Shown piece by piece: positions 16,857-27,228 of a stretch of 54,493 nucleotides of DNA. The stretch is taken from the IMG/VR virus record IMGVR_UViG_3300025528_000010, positions 1-54,493 of that record, one strand, 5' to 3'. The stretch is from a virus (Duplodnaviria; Caudoviricetes). The translations under genes and the position numbers were made by a program. The first letter of the stretch is position 1. The number at the start of each line of letters is the position of its first letter. The notes below the pieces were generated by a model. That model had not been told where the DNA came from, made no database searches, and was given only the letters and a program-made list of their open reading frames with translations.

Positions 16857-19214
16857 TCAGTTCTCCACGACAGGCTCACCGATATTGAAATCCTCGGGCC
16901 ACCCGCCGTAGAAGTAGCCCCAATCCGATCCGAACCCCTTGCGATATAGGCGGACGTTTCGTTCCATCCCCTGCAAAGACTCGAGGTCGTCCCGAACCGA
17001 GACGAACTTGATGGGGATTTGCTCGTCTCTGCCCGTCTCGAAGACATCAATCTGGTAGCTCGTCCCCGTCAACCCTTTGACGCGACGCTCCTTCGGAATC
17101 GCGTTGCCTGGGGCGGACCACCAGAAACACACCTCGACTGTCTGTCCCTCCTCCATCACGACGCTCGGCTCGTCCCAACGGCGATAGACAGAATCCTCAA
17201 GGAGCCGGTTTCGGTTAGACCAGCTAGTGTTGATCACCCACGCGCGCGGGTTGTGGTTCTCGCTGTAGTCGAGATCCTCGAACATGGAACCGTCAACGAC
17301 AACGTTCGCTGGTCGGAACGGCATGTACGGCCGAGCGGGTCGGTTGGTGATGAAGGTTGGTGACGCCTCCACGTCGCGTAGGCCGATGGAAGTGCGCGGT
17401 TGCACCTTGTAGGAGACGTCGGCGTCGGCGACCTCGGCGCTAAAGTCGATGGCGTCAAAGTTGACGTCGATGAAGCGGATAGGGGTTCCGTTAGGCCAAC
17501 GGCGCGGGATCGTGTCGAGCACACCTCGAGCCACGCGCCATGCGTTGCCTCCAAGGTGCTCGATGAACATAACGAGTTCAGTTGTGTGCTCGCGCCTGGA
17601 CCAACCACCTCCTTCGGCACCCGTCCCGAGCATCGCAAGTCCACCGACTTCCGGCCTGGTCACGCCGCGAACGTTCTCGAGGTCCATGATGAGGATGCTC
17701 TCAACGGCAGGCGGCACTTCCTGCGTCAATGTGGTGTAGCCCGTGGTGTTGCGTTCTCCCGCTCCCACCCATTCCGTGGCACCACTCGGAAGAACCTCCT
17801 CCTCGAGCAAGACGAAGGTGCGAAAGTCAGTCTGCGACGGTCTCGGGGTCACCATCGCTGCGATGAGGATTTCGGGATAGCGATCATCGCTGATGTTATC
17901 GCTCCCGATAGCCGCGACGACGAGCGGATACGGCACGGCCACGAAAATGCTGTCGATCTCGTCGTAGAGAGGCCCGTTTGGATCCTGGTCGGGGTCCTCC
18001 CATTCCGAGCGCGGCGGTGTCAGGAACTGCGCGTAAGGAAGCCCGAACACGTCTTCGAGGAGGTTGACCTTAATCTCGGCACTATCGGGTCTGCCGTAGT
18101 CGACCTCCATCACCCGCATAATGATCCGGTCAATATTGTACTTGGGCCAGGAGAACCGGATCACATCGCCAGGGAGGAGCGTCCACTTCCTGCGATTGAC
18201 GCGGATCGAGGCGCTGGCAAGCGGGACAGCCGCCGCCGCAATGTCACGGGCTCCGACGTAGCTCGCCAGCTCGGGTGAGCGGATTCCGTAATAGTGCCGG
18301 TTCTCGCTGACGACCTCCCCCTGCATCGCGATGTTGGCAGGGTCATGATAAGTCAGCGTCTCCGTCTCCTCCGACTGAGGGTTGGTCCACGAGATGGTAA
18401 TCTCGTTGACAGTCTCACCCCACAACTTGCGGCGGAACGTATCCAGGACCGCGTCGGCAGGACCGATCTCGGGCAGATTGTCAGGGTCGTAGTCGTTGCG
18501 CAGCAGCTTGAGTGTCGCAAGACCTGTTCTTGGGTTGAAGAAGAGCAGCCCCTGAATGTGATCGAGGATCTCCTGGATGAACGCCTCGATGGTACTTTGT
18601 TGCGTCCACAGAAGGGACAGGCCGAACTTCTCCTCTGCGAGTGTCTCCGCCGCTCGCACAAACGAGTCGGTGTCCACCATCGAGGGGTGGGCGCCCATGC
18701 CGAAGTCTTCATTGACCAGGCACTCGTGGATGATATGGGCCGGGTTGGCATCGTGCATGCCAAAGCTGTTGACGATTACCGCGTTCGGGGCATTGAGCGA
18801 CTTCGGGGAGCGGCGGAAGCGTGCCCAAACCGTTGGCACCTGTGGATAGTTGGAGCCGACCCAGAACCCCTCGCCAAGTCCGTTCCCCAAGAGAGCGAGG
18901 GTGGCCTTGCGACGGAAACCCGGCGCAGTCGCTGGCGTCAGGCCGAGGCGCGCAGCAAGAGCTGCAGGGATTTGCTGCGTCTCCGAGCCGAGCATGACGT
19001 GGACAGCCCCACCCACGCCACCCTCACGCTCGTTGCCGCCGAACAGGTTCTCGTTGTAGATATGGAGTGTTGTGTTGCCGTAGACGGCGCCACCCCACAC
19101 CTGTCTATCCTTGATAAAGAGCGCTGTGAGAGCATCCACTGGGCCATGGCAAAAGCCGAGGTGCATGGAGATAAAGAAGTCGTACCATGTTTTTCTGTTC
19201 TTTTTCTTACCCAT
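16857..19214 (-). CDS. central tail hub / tip attachment protein (gpJ-like)
   Basis: HLGFCHGPVD, LFGGNEREGGVGG, DANPAHIIHECL, RGVLDTIP motifs. Confidence 0.85.
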   Translation of the reverse strand: MGKKKNRKTWYDFFISMHLGFCHGPVDALTALFIKDRQVWGGAVYGNTTLHIYNENLFGGNEREGGVGGAVHVMLGSETQQIPAALAARLGLTPATAPGFRRKATLALLGNGLGEGFWVGSNYPQVPTVWARFRRSPKSLNAPNAVIVNSFGMHDANPAHIIHECLVNEDFGMGAHPSMVDTDSFVRAAETLAEEKFGLSLLWTQQSTIEAFIQEILDHIQGLLFFNPRTGLATLKLLRNDYDPDNLPEIGPADAVLDTFRRKLWGETVNEITISWTNPQSEETETLTYHDPANIAMQGEVVSENRHYYGIRSPELASYVGARDIAAAAVPLASASIRVNRRKWTLLPGDVIRFSWPKYNIDRIIMRVMEVDYGRPDSAEIKVNLLEDVFGLPYAQFLTPPRSEWEDPDQDPNGPLYDEIDSIFVAVPYPLVVAAIGSDNISDDRYPEILIAAMVTPRPSQTDFRTFVLLEEEVLPSGATEWVGAGERNTTGYTTLTQEVPPAVESILIMDLENVRGVTRPEVGGLAMLGTGAEGGGWSRREHTTELVMFIEHLGGNAWRVARGVLDTIPRRWPNGTPIRFIDVNFDAIDFSAEVADADVSYKVQPRTSIGLRDVEASPTFITNRPARPYMPFRPANVVVDGSMFEDLDYSENHNPRAWVINTSWSNRNRLLEDSVYRRWDEPSVVMEEGQTVEVCFWWSAPGNAIPKERRVKGLTGTSYQIDVFETGRDEQIPIKFVSVRDDLESLQGMERNVRLYRKGFGSDWGYFYGGWPEDFNIGEPVVEN

Positions 19215-19419
19215 TGGTTCGACCTCCCCTCTTCACACGAAGTACGTCTTGCACGATGGCGTCATCCATCTTCTCGACTTCCGAGATAGGGATGCCATTC
19301 TTCACGAAGTCTCTGAATGGAATGCCCTGCTGACGACACCAATCGCGGATACCCTTAACGCAATATCCGGCGCGGTTGACATCGTATATCGTCACACGGT
19401 CTTCTGAAACATCTCTCAT
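19207..19419 (-). CDS. tail assembly protein
   Basis: GYCVKGIRDW..FRDFVKNGI motif; conserved position before the hub. Confidence 0.75.
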   Translation of the reverse strand: MRDVSEDRVTIYDVNRAGYCVKGIRDWCRQQGIPFRDFVKNGIPISEVEKMDDAIVQDVLRVKRGGRTNG

Positions 19420-19646
19420 TTTTTCTTCACCTTCTGAGACCGCTGCAGATAATATTTGTCACCCCACCAGAGGAAATTCGGACTTTTTATAAGAATTTCC
19501 CCAAAGACAACGGCAATCGGCCTTCCAGCCTCGGCAGTCGGAGCCTCCATCTCCGTGACCGCTTGGGGTTTCGGTCCCTTCGGCTTCGGCATCAGGATGT
19601 AGCCGATGATCATAAGGGCGATGCCAACGAGGAGCGCGATCCACAT
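19416..19646 (-). CDS. tail assembly protein
   Basis: Hydrophobic N-terminus, PTAEAGRPIAVVFG..KSPNFLWWGD. Confidence 0.8.
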   Translation of the reverse strand: MWIALLVGIALMIIGYILMPKPKGPKPQAVTEMEAPTAEAGRPIAVVFGEILIKSPNFLWWGDKYYLQRSQKVKKK

Positions 19647-19650
19647 AACG

Positions 19651-20481
19651 TCACCAATAGGGATGGTTCCTGACCGGATTCTTCAACGGGATCCAGGGGT
19701 CCCCCCCGTAGTTGTTGATGTTGTTGTGGAGGGAGCGGCAGTCAGACATGGTGTGGTTGCAGCCCAGGAAGAGAGACACCTTCTGCCCCTCCTCTATGTC
19801 ACGCAGTGGTCCAAGGAACTGCAGAAAGCCGTCGTCACGGGCATCTCGAATTGTGCGGGACTCCAGGCCAAAGCCACCCCGCCAGCGGATCATCCCACCC
19901 TTGAATTTCTCAGGTTCGATGGATCCCCACCAGCCAGCTTCAAGGACAATGCCGGTGGTCGTAACATCGACAACCTGGCTTTCGACGCCGCGCATCGTCG
20001 CGCCGCACATCGGCCCGTAGAGAACATAGGGGCAGAGATACTGCCAGTTACGGCGCAGACCCGGTCGCTTAAGTGAGATGATCGTGTTGTCGCAAGTGAG
20101 GAGCGCCTGATTACGCTCCTTAGCGACGCTCAGCACACGACCCGTCCAGATGACAAGCACCTGCTCATCGGGGTCCGTCATATGCCCCGCCCAGATAGTC
20201 ACACGAACGACCTGCGGAGGGGGGAAATCCGTGAACAGGGACGACAGATCAGTGTCGACGGGCATCCTGATCGTCAGTGACGACTTGTCGTCGGTCTTAC
20301 CGCTAGATCGATACGCCTCACGGGTAATCGGTCGAGCGAACCAGGTGTGACCAAGGCGCGTCAAGTCGCGATCAGCATTGGTGTAACGATACGCCAAGGC
20401 ATCCTCGTCGCCATATCGAAACTCATAGAGTTCAAACGGGGCGCCAAAATCGGAGCTTTTCTCTATGGCGTCGAAACTCAT
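19651..20481 (-). CDS. BR0599/DUF2163 family tail tip protein (gpL-like, Cys-liganded)
   Basis: CPYVLYGPMC and GCNHTMSDC..NNINNYGG.PWIP. Confidence 0.85.
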   Translation of the reverse strand: MSFDAIEKSSDFGAPFELYEFRYGDEDALAYRYTNADRDLTRLGHTWFARPITREAYRSSGKTDDKSSLTIRMPVDTDLSSLFTDFPPPQVVRVTIWAGHMTDPDEQVLVIWTGRVLSVAKERNQALLTCDNTIISLKRPGLRRNWQYLCPYVLYGPMCGATMRGVESQVVDVTTTGIVLEAGWWGSIEPEKFKGGMIRWRGGFGLESRTIRDARDDGFLQFLGPLRDIEEGQKVSLFLGCNHTMSDCRSLHNNINNYGGDPWIPLKNPVRNHPYW

Positions 20482-21731
20482 AGGTCGTAATTCTCCAAGA
20501 CCTGATAGCTGAGGCCGAACTGAGCGACGGAGTCAGTCACCCAATCGATCTCGAGGAGGTCTGACGCGAAGCGGACTACGAACACCCACGAGATGCCGAT
20601 GAGTGATTGAGGGGTAAGCTCCTCGACGGGTAGGCGCTCCCGCACCCACAGGACCGAGAACTCCGTGTCCGGCAGCGTCTCGACGAAATCGACCGTATGG
20701 TGGTGATAGGTTCCGTCAGCCATGCGGAGCATGATGCGACGGAAGACGGTCGAGTCCTTGTAGGTGTGCCCGAACATCAGGCCGGGAATGAGGATCGCGA
20801 ATCCGTTGCCGGTGATCGCATAGAACGGAACGTCGTTCTCCCACGAGGGCACAAGGAACTCGCGGTCGCGTCCCCGCATGCGGATGAAGAACTCGATGAC
20901 CTCCTGAACCTCTCTATGGTCCCTGCCGAGGAACGAGGCTTGGACGATGCGTGACGGGAAGTCATAAGGCTTGAAGCTCCTCGTCGCGCCAAACCCGTAG
21001 TCCTCCTGCTCTCGCGGATAGACGTAAGTGACGTCGACCTGGTTCCCCCAGTTGGGACGCTTCATGAAGACTTCCCGCGTTCCGATCATCTCCCCCGGCG
21101 ATGTCTCGGGGAACACCTCGGTGGCGGAGCCTGGATCCACCTCGAAGCGGATCGGGAGAGTCGTCACATCGCTCGTGTACCGACGAGCCTTCGGCTCCGC
21201 GCGCAGGTAGCCTTGCAGGGCCGGATAGACCCGCGCCCCAGCCGGGAAGGTGACTTGGCTTTCATCGGCAAATTGCAGATCGGTAAAGGAGAACCCGGAC
21301 AGTAGTCGCGTCTCCATCCGCAGCCCATCGACAAGGAGGACTGGCAACCCTGGACGCAGCCAGTAAGGGGGGCTGTTTGGACTGGGCCACGCAGGATGGG
21401 GTTTCCCGTAACTTACTTGCCGCTGACCGGCCCCCAACGTCGAAGTGAGAACGACGTACTTCGATGGCTCCGGGATAATCGTTTTGTCAGCGAGGCCGCG
21501 CGCCATGAAGTAGTCGAGCTGAAGCTTGCTCTCCCCGTTGAAATGGGCCGTGTACTCGACATAACGCCGAGGGTAGTAACGGACGGCTCGTCGCTGCTCC
21601 GTACCGAGGCCCGAAGTGATGATGTCCGTCTTGAACTCATAGGAGACCCTCACCCGGTCACGCCAGTTCGGGACTCCGGGAAAGATGTTGATGTCCCCAC
21701 CACTCGGATAGACCGTACTGACAACCATCAC
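20478..21731 (-). CDS. distal tail-like protein
   Basis: Directly after the tape measure gene; PNW..V..E.KTDII...G.EQRRA motif. Confidence 0.75.
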   Translation of the reverse strand: MMVVSTVYPSGGDINIFPGVPNWRDRVRVSYEFKTDIITSGLGTEQRRAVRYYPRRYVEYTAHFNGESKLQLDYFMARGLADKTIIPEPSKYVVLTSTLGAGQRQVSYGKPHPAWPSPNSPPYWLRPGLPVLLVDGLRMETRLLSGFSFTDLQFADESQVTFPAGARVYPALQGYLRAEPKARRYTSDVTTLPIRFEVDPGSATEVFPETSPGEMIGTREVFMKRPNWGNQVDVTYVYPREQEDYGFGATRSFKPYDFPSRIVQASFLGRDHREVQEVIEFFIRMRGRDREFLVPSWENDVPFYAITGNGFAILIPGLMFGHTYKDSTVFRRIMLRMADGTYHHHTVDFVETLPDTEFSVLWVRERLPVEELTPQSLIGISWVFVVRFASDLLEIDWVTDSVAQFGLSYQVLENYDL

Positions 21732-24700
21732 GCGACTCCGAGAGCCTCGCGGAGCGTGCTGCGGTTCGCCCTGACCAAATTGATGAACGCCTGCTCGCCA
21801 ACAGCGGTGGAAAGCCCCTGGCTGACGACATCGCCACTGTCGAAGGCGTTGACCACCTTCACGACCGGGGGCTGCGCGACTGTACCGCCGTTAGCACGGT
21901 GGCGCGGATCGTTCTCAGTGAGGACCTCCTCGCCAACCTTGAGGATCGCAGGCACTTCGTCTGGCTTTAGGCCAGCGATACCCCCAGTGTGGTAGGCCAT
22001 CGCATTGGCAAACCAGAGAGGGCTCACAGCACGTTTGGAACCGCGCGTACTCCCCACCACGCCACCCGTATGGAAGAAACCAAACAGACTGTTGATTCCA
22101 CCAGAAAGAAAGCCCCCAATGCCCTGCAGCATCTTGAGAAGGGCCACTCTGACGATCATCTTCCCGATCTCGATCAGGAAATCGGCCGCGAACTGCAGAA
22201 AGGCATCACGGAGAGCGACAATCGCCTTCTCACCGTTCGCGATGGCTTGAGCGAAACGGTCGAAGGCGTTGGTGATGCCACTAGCCATCATCTCGGTGAT
22301 CTGCGCACCGCTGATGACCGCCTTCTGCCCCGCGCGCTGGACCCTGAGTTCGAGCGCAGCCAGATTGGTAAGCGCAATTTCGGCATCCGGGCCACCCATG
22401 GCCTGCCAGAACTCGCGCGCCTTCTGGATCGCCACGAGGAGTTGCTGGTTCACACGCTCGATGGCAGCATCCGTGCGCTGCATCGCCTCGATGTCGCCTC
22501 GCTCAGCCTGCAAGGCCCGAAGTTGCTCAAGCGACGAGCGCTTTTCCTCAAGCTGTGTGATCCGATTTTGAACTTCCTCAATTGCCTTCTTCTTCTTTTC
22601 CTCCTCGCTCAGAGCGTTGTTCAGGTTCCAGAGTTCCTCCGCCTGCTGACGGATAAGGCCAAGCTCTTGCTCCGTGATGAAGGGGTTCTTTTCACGGGCC
22701 TTGCGGATGTGATCCTCAATAAACGCCTCTTTCTCCTTCCCCTCGAGCTTAAGGCGTTGCTGCGAAATCTCGAACTCGTTATCCGCAATCTGCTTTTTAG
22801 TCGCCTCGGAAGCCTTTTCACGCTCCTCGGCCTGCTTCCGTAACTCCTGGCTATGCTCCTTTGCTCGATCAACAATATCATCGTATGCTTTCAGGATGGC
22901 GTCGGCACGATCCGCATGCCTATCCATCTGCCCGAACACCTTGTCTCGGACAGTACCCGGAGCACCACCGGCCGCCGCATCGGAGGCGTTGTGCCGCCCA
23001 ACGCGCCCCGCATTTACGGCCGAGTAGAGATCAAGCAAGTTGGTCCCCGCCGTGACGCCAGCATCCTTGAGATAATCACGGATGGCGTTAAATAGCTTCT
23101 CGATGCTGGCGTCCCGAGTGTAACCATACTTCGCGCGCTGAGGCTCACCCATCTGGATGAGTCCGATGTGCTGACCCCACTTGGTGGTCGGACCGACCTT
23201 CCATGGGTCGAATGTTCCACCCGTCTCATATGAGATGACGGTCAGAAGGTCTTTGGCCGAAATGCGCAGCTCTTCTGCAATACGTACCGCATTGGCGACG
23301 ATGCGCTCCATCTGCTCACCTTGGGGGGTGGCGCGCATCTTGCGGTAGTCTGATTCGTAGTATCTGGCGTTGACGGCATCTATGGCACGCGCGCGCGCGG
23401 ATCCCAACTCAGCTAGCTTTGCCCGCCACCCGCGCTGATTACCGATGGCTTCGACGGCCTTGACATACTCGGCGTCGATCTCAGCCAGCTCCTTCATCCG
23501 CTTCATCTCATCGGCAGTCTCCTTGACGAAACCTTTCAGCTTCTCAAGGGCAGCCTGATAGACTTCGACGGAGCCGGAAGCCGACGAGAAGCCCTCCCGA
23601 TTGCCCTGCGCAGCCCGTGTCAGGTCGTCGAGTGTCTTGCCTGTCTCATCAATTACCCGACCGACCTCTTCGAGCTTGCTTCCATACTGCTCGGCCAGAA
23701 CCGCTGCCTCGCCGACACGCTCACCCGACTCCTTGTACGCCTTGGCGAGGTCATAGATCTCCTGCAGCATCTTCTTCGCATCGAGGCTCGTCACCTCGGC
23801 GTTGAGCCGCTGGACCTTCCGAATGAACTCGTCGATCTTCTTGGAATCGAAACTATCGACGAGAGCGCGCACTTTGCGCACATCCGCATCGTCAAACAGG
23901 AGACCAGAAAGTCCGCCCAGGGCGTTGGATGACAGTTTCTTGCGGAGATTGTCGCGCGCCTCCTCAAAAGCACGGAGCTGTTCCGCAAAGTTTCGCTCGA
24001 CGTCAATCAGGGTGACATTCTTGACGGACTTCACCCAATCGCGAGACTTATCGACCGCCTTGTCGTAGGCAGTCAGAATCTCCTCCATCAGCCGCTTGTG
24101 CTCATCGACTGCTCGGGTCGCCTCGTCCACACCACCAACAAGTTTACCAATGGCGAATTCGATGCCGTAGGCGAGGGCCGTGAGGGCGGCCGCAGGGAAC
24201 AAACGACTCAGTGCCCTACCGAGCGTAAGAACAGACCCAAGAAGCGCAGCCGCAGCCGTCTTTGTCGCATTGAGAGACGAACCAAATACAATGAGTGAAT
24301 CACGCGCCCTAATGATCTTCGCATTGAAGGCGTCCACTCCCCCACTCAGTTTCACCAACCATTGGGTAATCTTAAATGCGACAAGGAGTTTGAAGATCTC
24401 AAACAGAGCCTCAACGTTCCTGATGAGGAAAGTAACAGCCCTTGTGACGCTGCCGAGGGCTGAGCCGAGGGACAGGAAGAAATCTCGGCCTTCCCGGCTT
24501 CGGAAATAGCCGATCATCTCTTCCAGGGCCTCGTTGAACGCCTTGATAAAACCGCCCTCACCCACGCGGAGACGGGCCTGATATATCTCGTTCGAGAACT
24601 GCCCCATCAGGGCCGTTGTCGACCTCAGAGAGTCCGCCAATTGCGGGCCGAAACGTCGGTTCAGCTCATCAGCAAAGGCGAGAAGATTCGTCTCTGATGC

Positions 24701-26449
24701 CAGCACCTCCCCCTTCTGCATCAGCTCATCGAGCTGGGAGGCGCTCAGACCTAGTGCGTCCGCGAAGATATTGAAGGCACCGGCAAGACGATCACCAAGT
24801 TGCCTGCGCAGCTCTTCCGATGAGACCTTGCCCTTGCTGATCATCTGCTGCAGGGCGAGGAAAATGCCGCTCATCTGCTCGGTCGACGCCTTGTTGACCC
24901 GAGCGGCCTCCGCCACAGCGAGAAAGACCTTGCGCGTACTCTCACTGGCCCAATTCGCCGCTTGCGCCGCGACCGCGAACTTCGAGTATTCGTCCGCCAG
25001 GATACCGAACTCGATGCCAAGTCGGCTCGCTTGTCGCTCGAGCCATTGCAGCTCCGTGTTGACAGCCGACTGGTTCTGACCGAGGACGACGCCAATGCGG
25101 TTCTGCGCAGCCTCGAGCTTCTGGTAGGCGCCGATCACACCGCTGATATGATTAATGGCGCCATAGAGACCGAAGTAGGCCGTTGACAGAGACAGCACCT
25201 CGCCACGGAGGCGCTGCGTCAGTGACATTGCCTTACGGGACTCGCCATAAATCGCCTGGAAGATACCACGGATGCCGCCGAGGCTGTGGAGGCTCCCTGG
25301 CATGCGGCGGAGGGTATCCAATTGCCGCTGAAGTTCAAATCGCGCCTCTCGCGCAGCCGCGCTCACCTCACGGAGAGCCTGCGCCTGCTGCACGGTCGGA
25401 CCGCCGTTCGCCTTGATTTCGGCCGTCAGTCGACGGACCTCGGCATTCAGGACCTCATACGCCTCCCGAGCCTTCTCGACCTCCGCCCTCTGCTTACGAA
25501 TGGCCTCGGCCGTGCGCGGATCCGCAAACCCTCCTCCGCCTGTCGAGAAGCGCGCCATTGCCGCTTGCAGGGTGGCGGCCCGCTGCAGCGCCTCATTGGC
25601 CTTCTGAGTCGCCTCGGCAATCTTCTCTTGGTTGATGGATACGTTTCCGAGCTTCGCGGCCGTGTCGCTCGCGATACGCTGGATCTCCGCAAGCTCGGTT
25701 CGCCCCTTTTGCAGCGCGTCTGCCGTCTTCTGGGCAGCGCGGGCGAGACGCTCGGTCTCAGTGCGGAGTGCCGCCTCATGTTTCGTGGCGTTCTGCAGCT
25801 CCGTATTGACCGAGGCGAGAGTACTCTTCGTCTTCAGATACTCGGCATTGAGCTTCTCATAGGTGGCCTGCGCTGCATCAGCCGCCGCACGGGCCGTCGC
25901 CAACTCACCTTCGAGGATAGCCTGTGCCGATGCAGCAGCATTTGACCATGCCGATTTGGACGCATGTCTGGCGGCGCGCTCATTGACGCGATCAAGGGCA
26001 CGCTGGACCGATGCAAGCTCTTTGTTCGCCGCTCGCATCTCCTTGCGAGCCTTCTTCACGGCCTCGGCCTGGGCCTCCTGGCTCTTTGCAAGCTCTTCGG
26101 ATTGCGCGCGCAGACGAGAGCTTTCCTCAGCGGCTTGCTTCGACTCCTGCGTCACCCGCTCGAGGTCGTCGCTTGCGCTCTTGGCCTCCTGCTCGAGCTT
26201 GCCGAGGGCAGCGGCGGCCCTGTCAAGCTCGGCTGCAACTTTGTTGAGGGCTGACAGGCCCGAGATTTCAGCGGATAGGCGCTTGAACTCATCCCCCAGC
26301 TTACCAAGGACGCTGTCCGCCTCCTTGGCCGATTTCGTGGTCTTTGAATTCTGAGAGACAAGATCTTTGAGGGCGTCGGAGACCGACTCAATCGCCTTGG
26401 TGGCCTCATTCTTGGCTTTGATGACGAGGCGAATGTCCTTCTCGGCCAT
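21728..26449 (-). CDS. tape measure protein with internal lytic-transglycosylase-like domain
   Basis: ~1570 aa Ala-rich helical protein; QMISKGKVSSEELRRQLGDRL; C-terminal FHTGG..DEVPAILKVGEEVL; SYETGG/GLIQ domain. Confidence 0.92.
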   Translation of the reverse strand: MAEKDIRLVIKAKNEATKAIESVSDALKDLVSQNSKTTKSAKEADSVLGKLGDEFKRLSAEISGLSALNKVAAELDRAAAALGKLEQEAKSASDDLERVTQESKQAAEESSRLRAQSEELAKSQEAQAEAVKKARKEMRAANKELASVQRALDRVNERAARHASKSAWSNAAASAQAILEGELATARAAADAAQATYEKLNAEYLKTKSTLASVNTELQNATKHEAALRTETERLARAAQKTADALQKGRTELAEIQRIASDTAAKLGNVSINQEKIAEATQKANEALQRAATLQAAMARFSTGGGGFADPRTAEAIRKQRAEVEKAREAYEVLNAEVRRLTAEIKANGGPTVQQAQALREVSAAAREARFELQRQLDTLRRMPGSLHSLGGIRGIFQAIYGESRKAMSLTQRLRGEVLSLSTAYFGLYGAINHISGVIGAYQKLEAAQNRIGVVLGQNQSAVNTELQWLERQASRLGIEFGILADEYSKFAVAAQAANWASESTRKVFLAVAEAARVNKASTEQMSGIFLALQQMISKGKVSSEELRRQLGDRLAGAFNIFADALGLSASQLDELMQKGEVLASETNLLAFADELNRRFGPQLADSLRSTTALMGQFSNEIYQARLRVGEGGFIKAFNEALEEMIGYFRSREGRDFFLSLGSALGSVTRAVTFLIRNVEALFEIFKLLVAFKITQWLVKLSGGVDAFNAKIIRARDSLIVFGSSLNATKTAAAALLGSVLTLGRALSRLFPAAALTALAYGIEFAIGKLVGGVDEATRAVDEHKRLMEEILTAYDKAVDKSRDWVKSVKNVTLIDVERNFAEQLRAFEEARDNLRKKLSSNALGGLSGLLFDDADVRKVRALVDSFDSKKIDEFIRKVQRLNAEVTSLDAKKMLQEIYDLAKAYKESGERVGEAAVLAEQYGSKLEEVGRVIDETGKTLDDLTRAAQGNREGFSSASGSVEVYQAALEKLKGFVKETADEMKRMKELAEIDAEYVKAVEAIGNQRGWRAKLAELGSARARAIDAVNARYYESDYRKMRATPQGEQMERIVANAVRIAEELRISAKDLLTVISYETGGTFDPWKVGPTTKWGQHIGLIQMGEPQRAKYGYTRDASIEKLFNAIRDYLKDAGVTAGTNLLDLYSAVNAGRVGRHNASDAAAGGAPGTVRDKVFGQMDRHADRADAILKAYDDIVDRAKEHSQELRKQAEEREKASEATKKQIADNEFEISQQRLKLEGKEKEAFIEDHIRKAREKNPFITEQELGLIRQQAEELWNLNNALSEEEKKKKAIEEVQNRITQLEEKRSSLEQLRALQAERGDIEAMQRTDAAIERVNQQLLVAIQKAREFWQAMGGPDAEIALTNLAALELRVQRAGQKAVISGAQITEMMASGITNAFDRFAQAIANGEKAIVALRDAFLQFAADFLIEIGKMIVRVALLKMLQGIGGFLSGGINSLFGFFHTGGVVGSTRGSKRAVSPLWFANAMAYHTGGIAGLKPDEVPAILKVGEEVLTENDPRHRANGGTVAQPPVVKVVNAFDSGDVVSQGLSTAVGEQAFINLVRANRSTLREALGVA

Positions 26450-26466
26450 CGGTGCCAATCTCCGTG

Positions 26467-26504
26467 TGTCACGTCTATAGTGCCGTAGTACCATAGACGT
26501 GACA
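26467..26504. promoter_or_regulatory. paired 19-bp operator-like site
   Basis: TGTCACGTCTAT-N14-ATAGACGTGACA. Confidence 0.65.
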
Positions 26505-26510
26505 TATGAG

Positions 26511-26822
26511 CTAGTCGTCTGCGAAGACCTCTTTCAGCATCTTGCTGAACTGGTTGTGGGCCTTCTTCGAGAATAGGGAGGAGACCGCCATCTGAATGAA
26601 AGCAGCCTGGCTAGCTGCTTCACGGGTCACGCGCTTCGTGACCAGCTCGCTTTCGACCACGACCATCCAGATCGGGTAATGTTGCGCATAGACGTGACCG
26701 TGGTCGAGGAGTTGGCTTACTTGCTGACGGATGCCATTGAGCCAGCTTTCGAGACTCGGAGGCTGCCGACGACCTCTGTCGTCCCCCGGAACGCGCTGAT
26801 GACGGCCTCCAACACTTTTTTT
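26511..26822 (-). CDS. tail assembly chaperone GT extension (-1 frameshift product)
   Basis: The -1 frame is open from the A7 run (26816-26822) to TAG at 26511-26513: ...WLNGIRQQVSQLLDHGH..YPIW..FADD. Confidence 0.8.
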   Translation of the reverse strand, partial: KKSVGGRHQRVPGDDRGRRQPPSLESWLNGIRQQVSQLLDHGHVYAQHYPIWMVVVESELVTKRVTREAASQAAFIQMAVSSLFSKKAHNQFSKMLKEVFADD

Positions 26823-27187
26823 GGGCCGCCCTCCGCCTCGAACGTCAGCCTTGCAATCTTCTCGAGGGCGTCAATCTGAGCGGAAAGAGGTAGCTGTCGA
26901 GCCGTCTGGATGCCCTCATCGTCAGGCTCGTCGGCAGCATGGGCAATGATCGCGGCAGCAATGTTCGGAGCCATCTCGAGGAGGGTGACGCCCGCACTCG
27001 CAAGCGTGGAGTCGTCGAGTTCGCCGGAAACGGCCTGGGCCGCGTAATGATCGTAGAAGGCTCGGATTTCGGCCCCGTAACTGCGCACGAGGGCCGTGAT
27101 GTCGACAAAGGAAAGACCACGGACGGCAAAACTGCCGCCCGCCATCTTGACCTCTTCCCTTGCCAGTTTGAGGTCCTTCAAACCCAT
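26717..27187 (-). CDS. tail assembly chaperone G
   Basis: Lies between tube and tape measure genes; FAVRGLS..D motif; GGPKK slippery site. Confidence 0.85.
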   Translation of the reverse strand: MGLKDLKLAREEVKMAGGSFAVRGLSFVDITALVRSYGAEIRAFYDHYAAQAVSGELDDSTLASAGVTLLEMAPNIAAAIIAHAADEPDDEGIQTARQLPLSAQIDALEKIARLTFEAEGGPKKVLEAVISAFRGTTEVVGSLRVSKAGSMASVSK

Positions 27188-27228
27188 CAGTCGTTCTCCT
27201 TAACCTTGGGTTCTCCAAGTGAGTCAGA

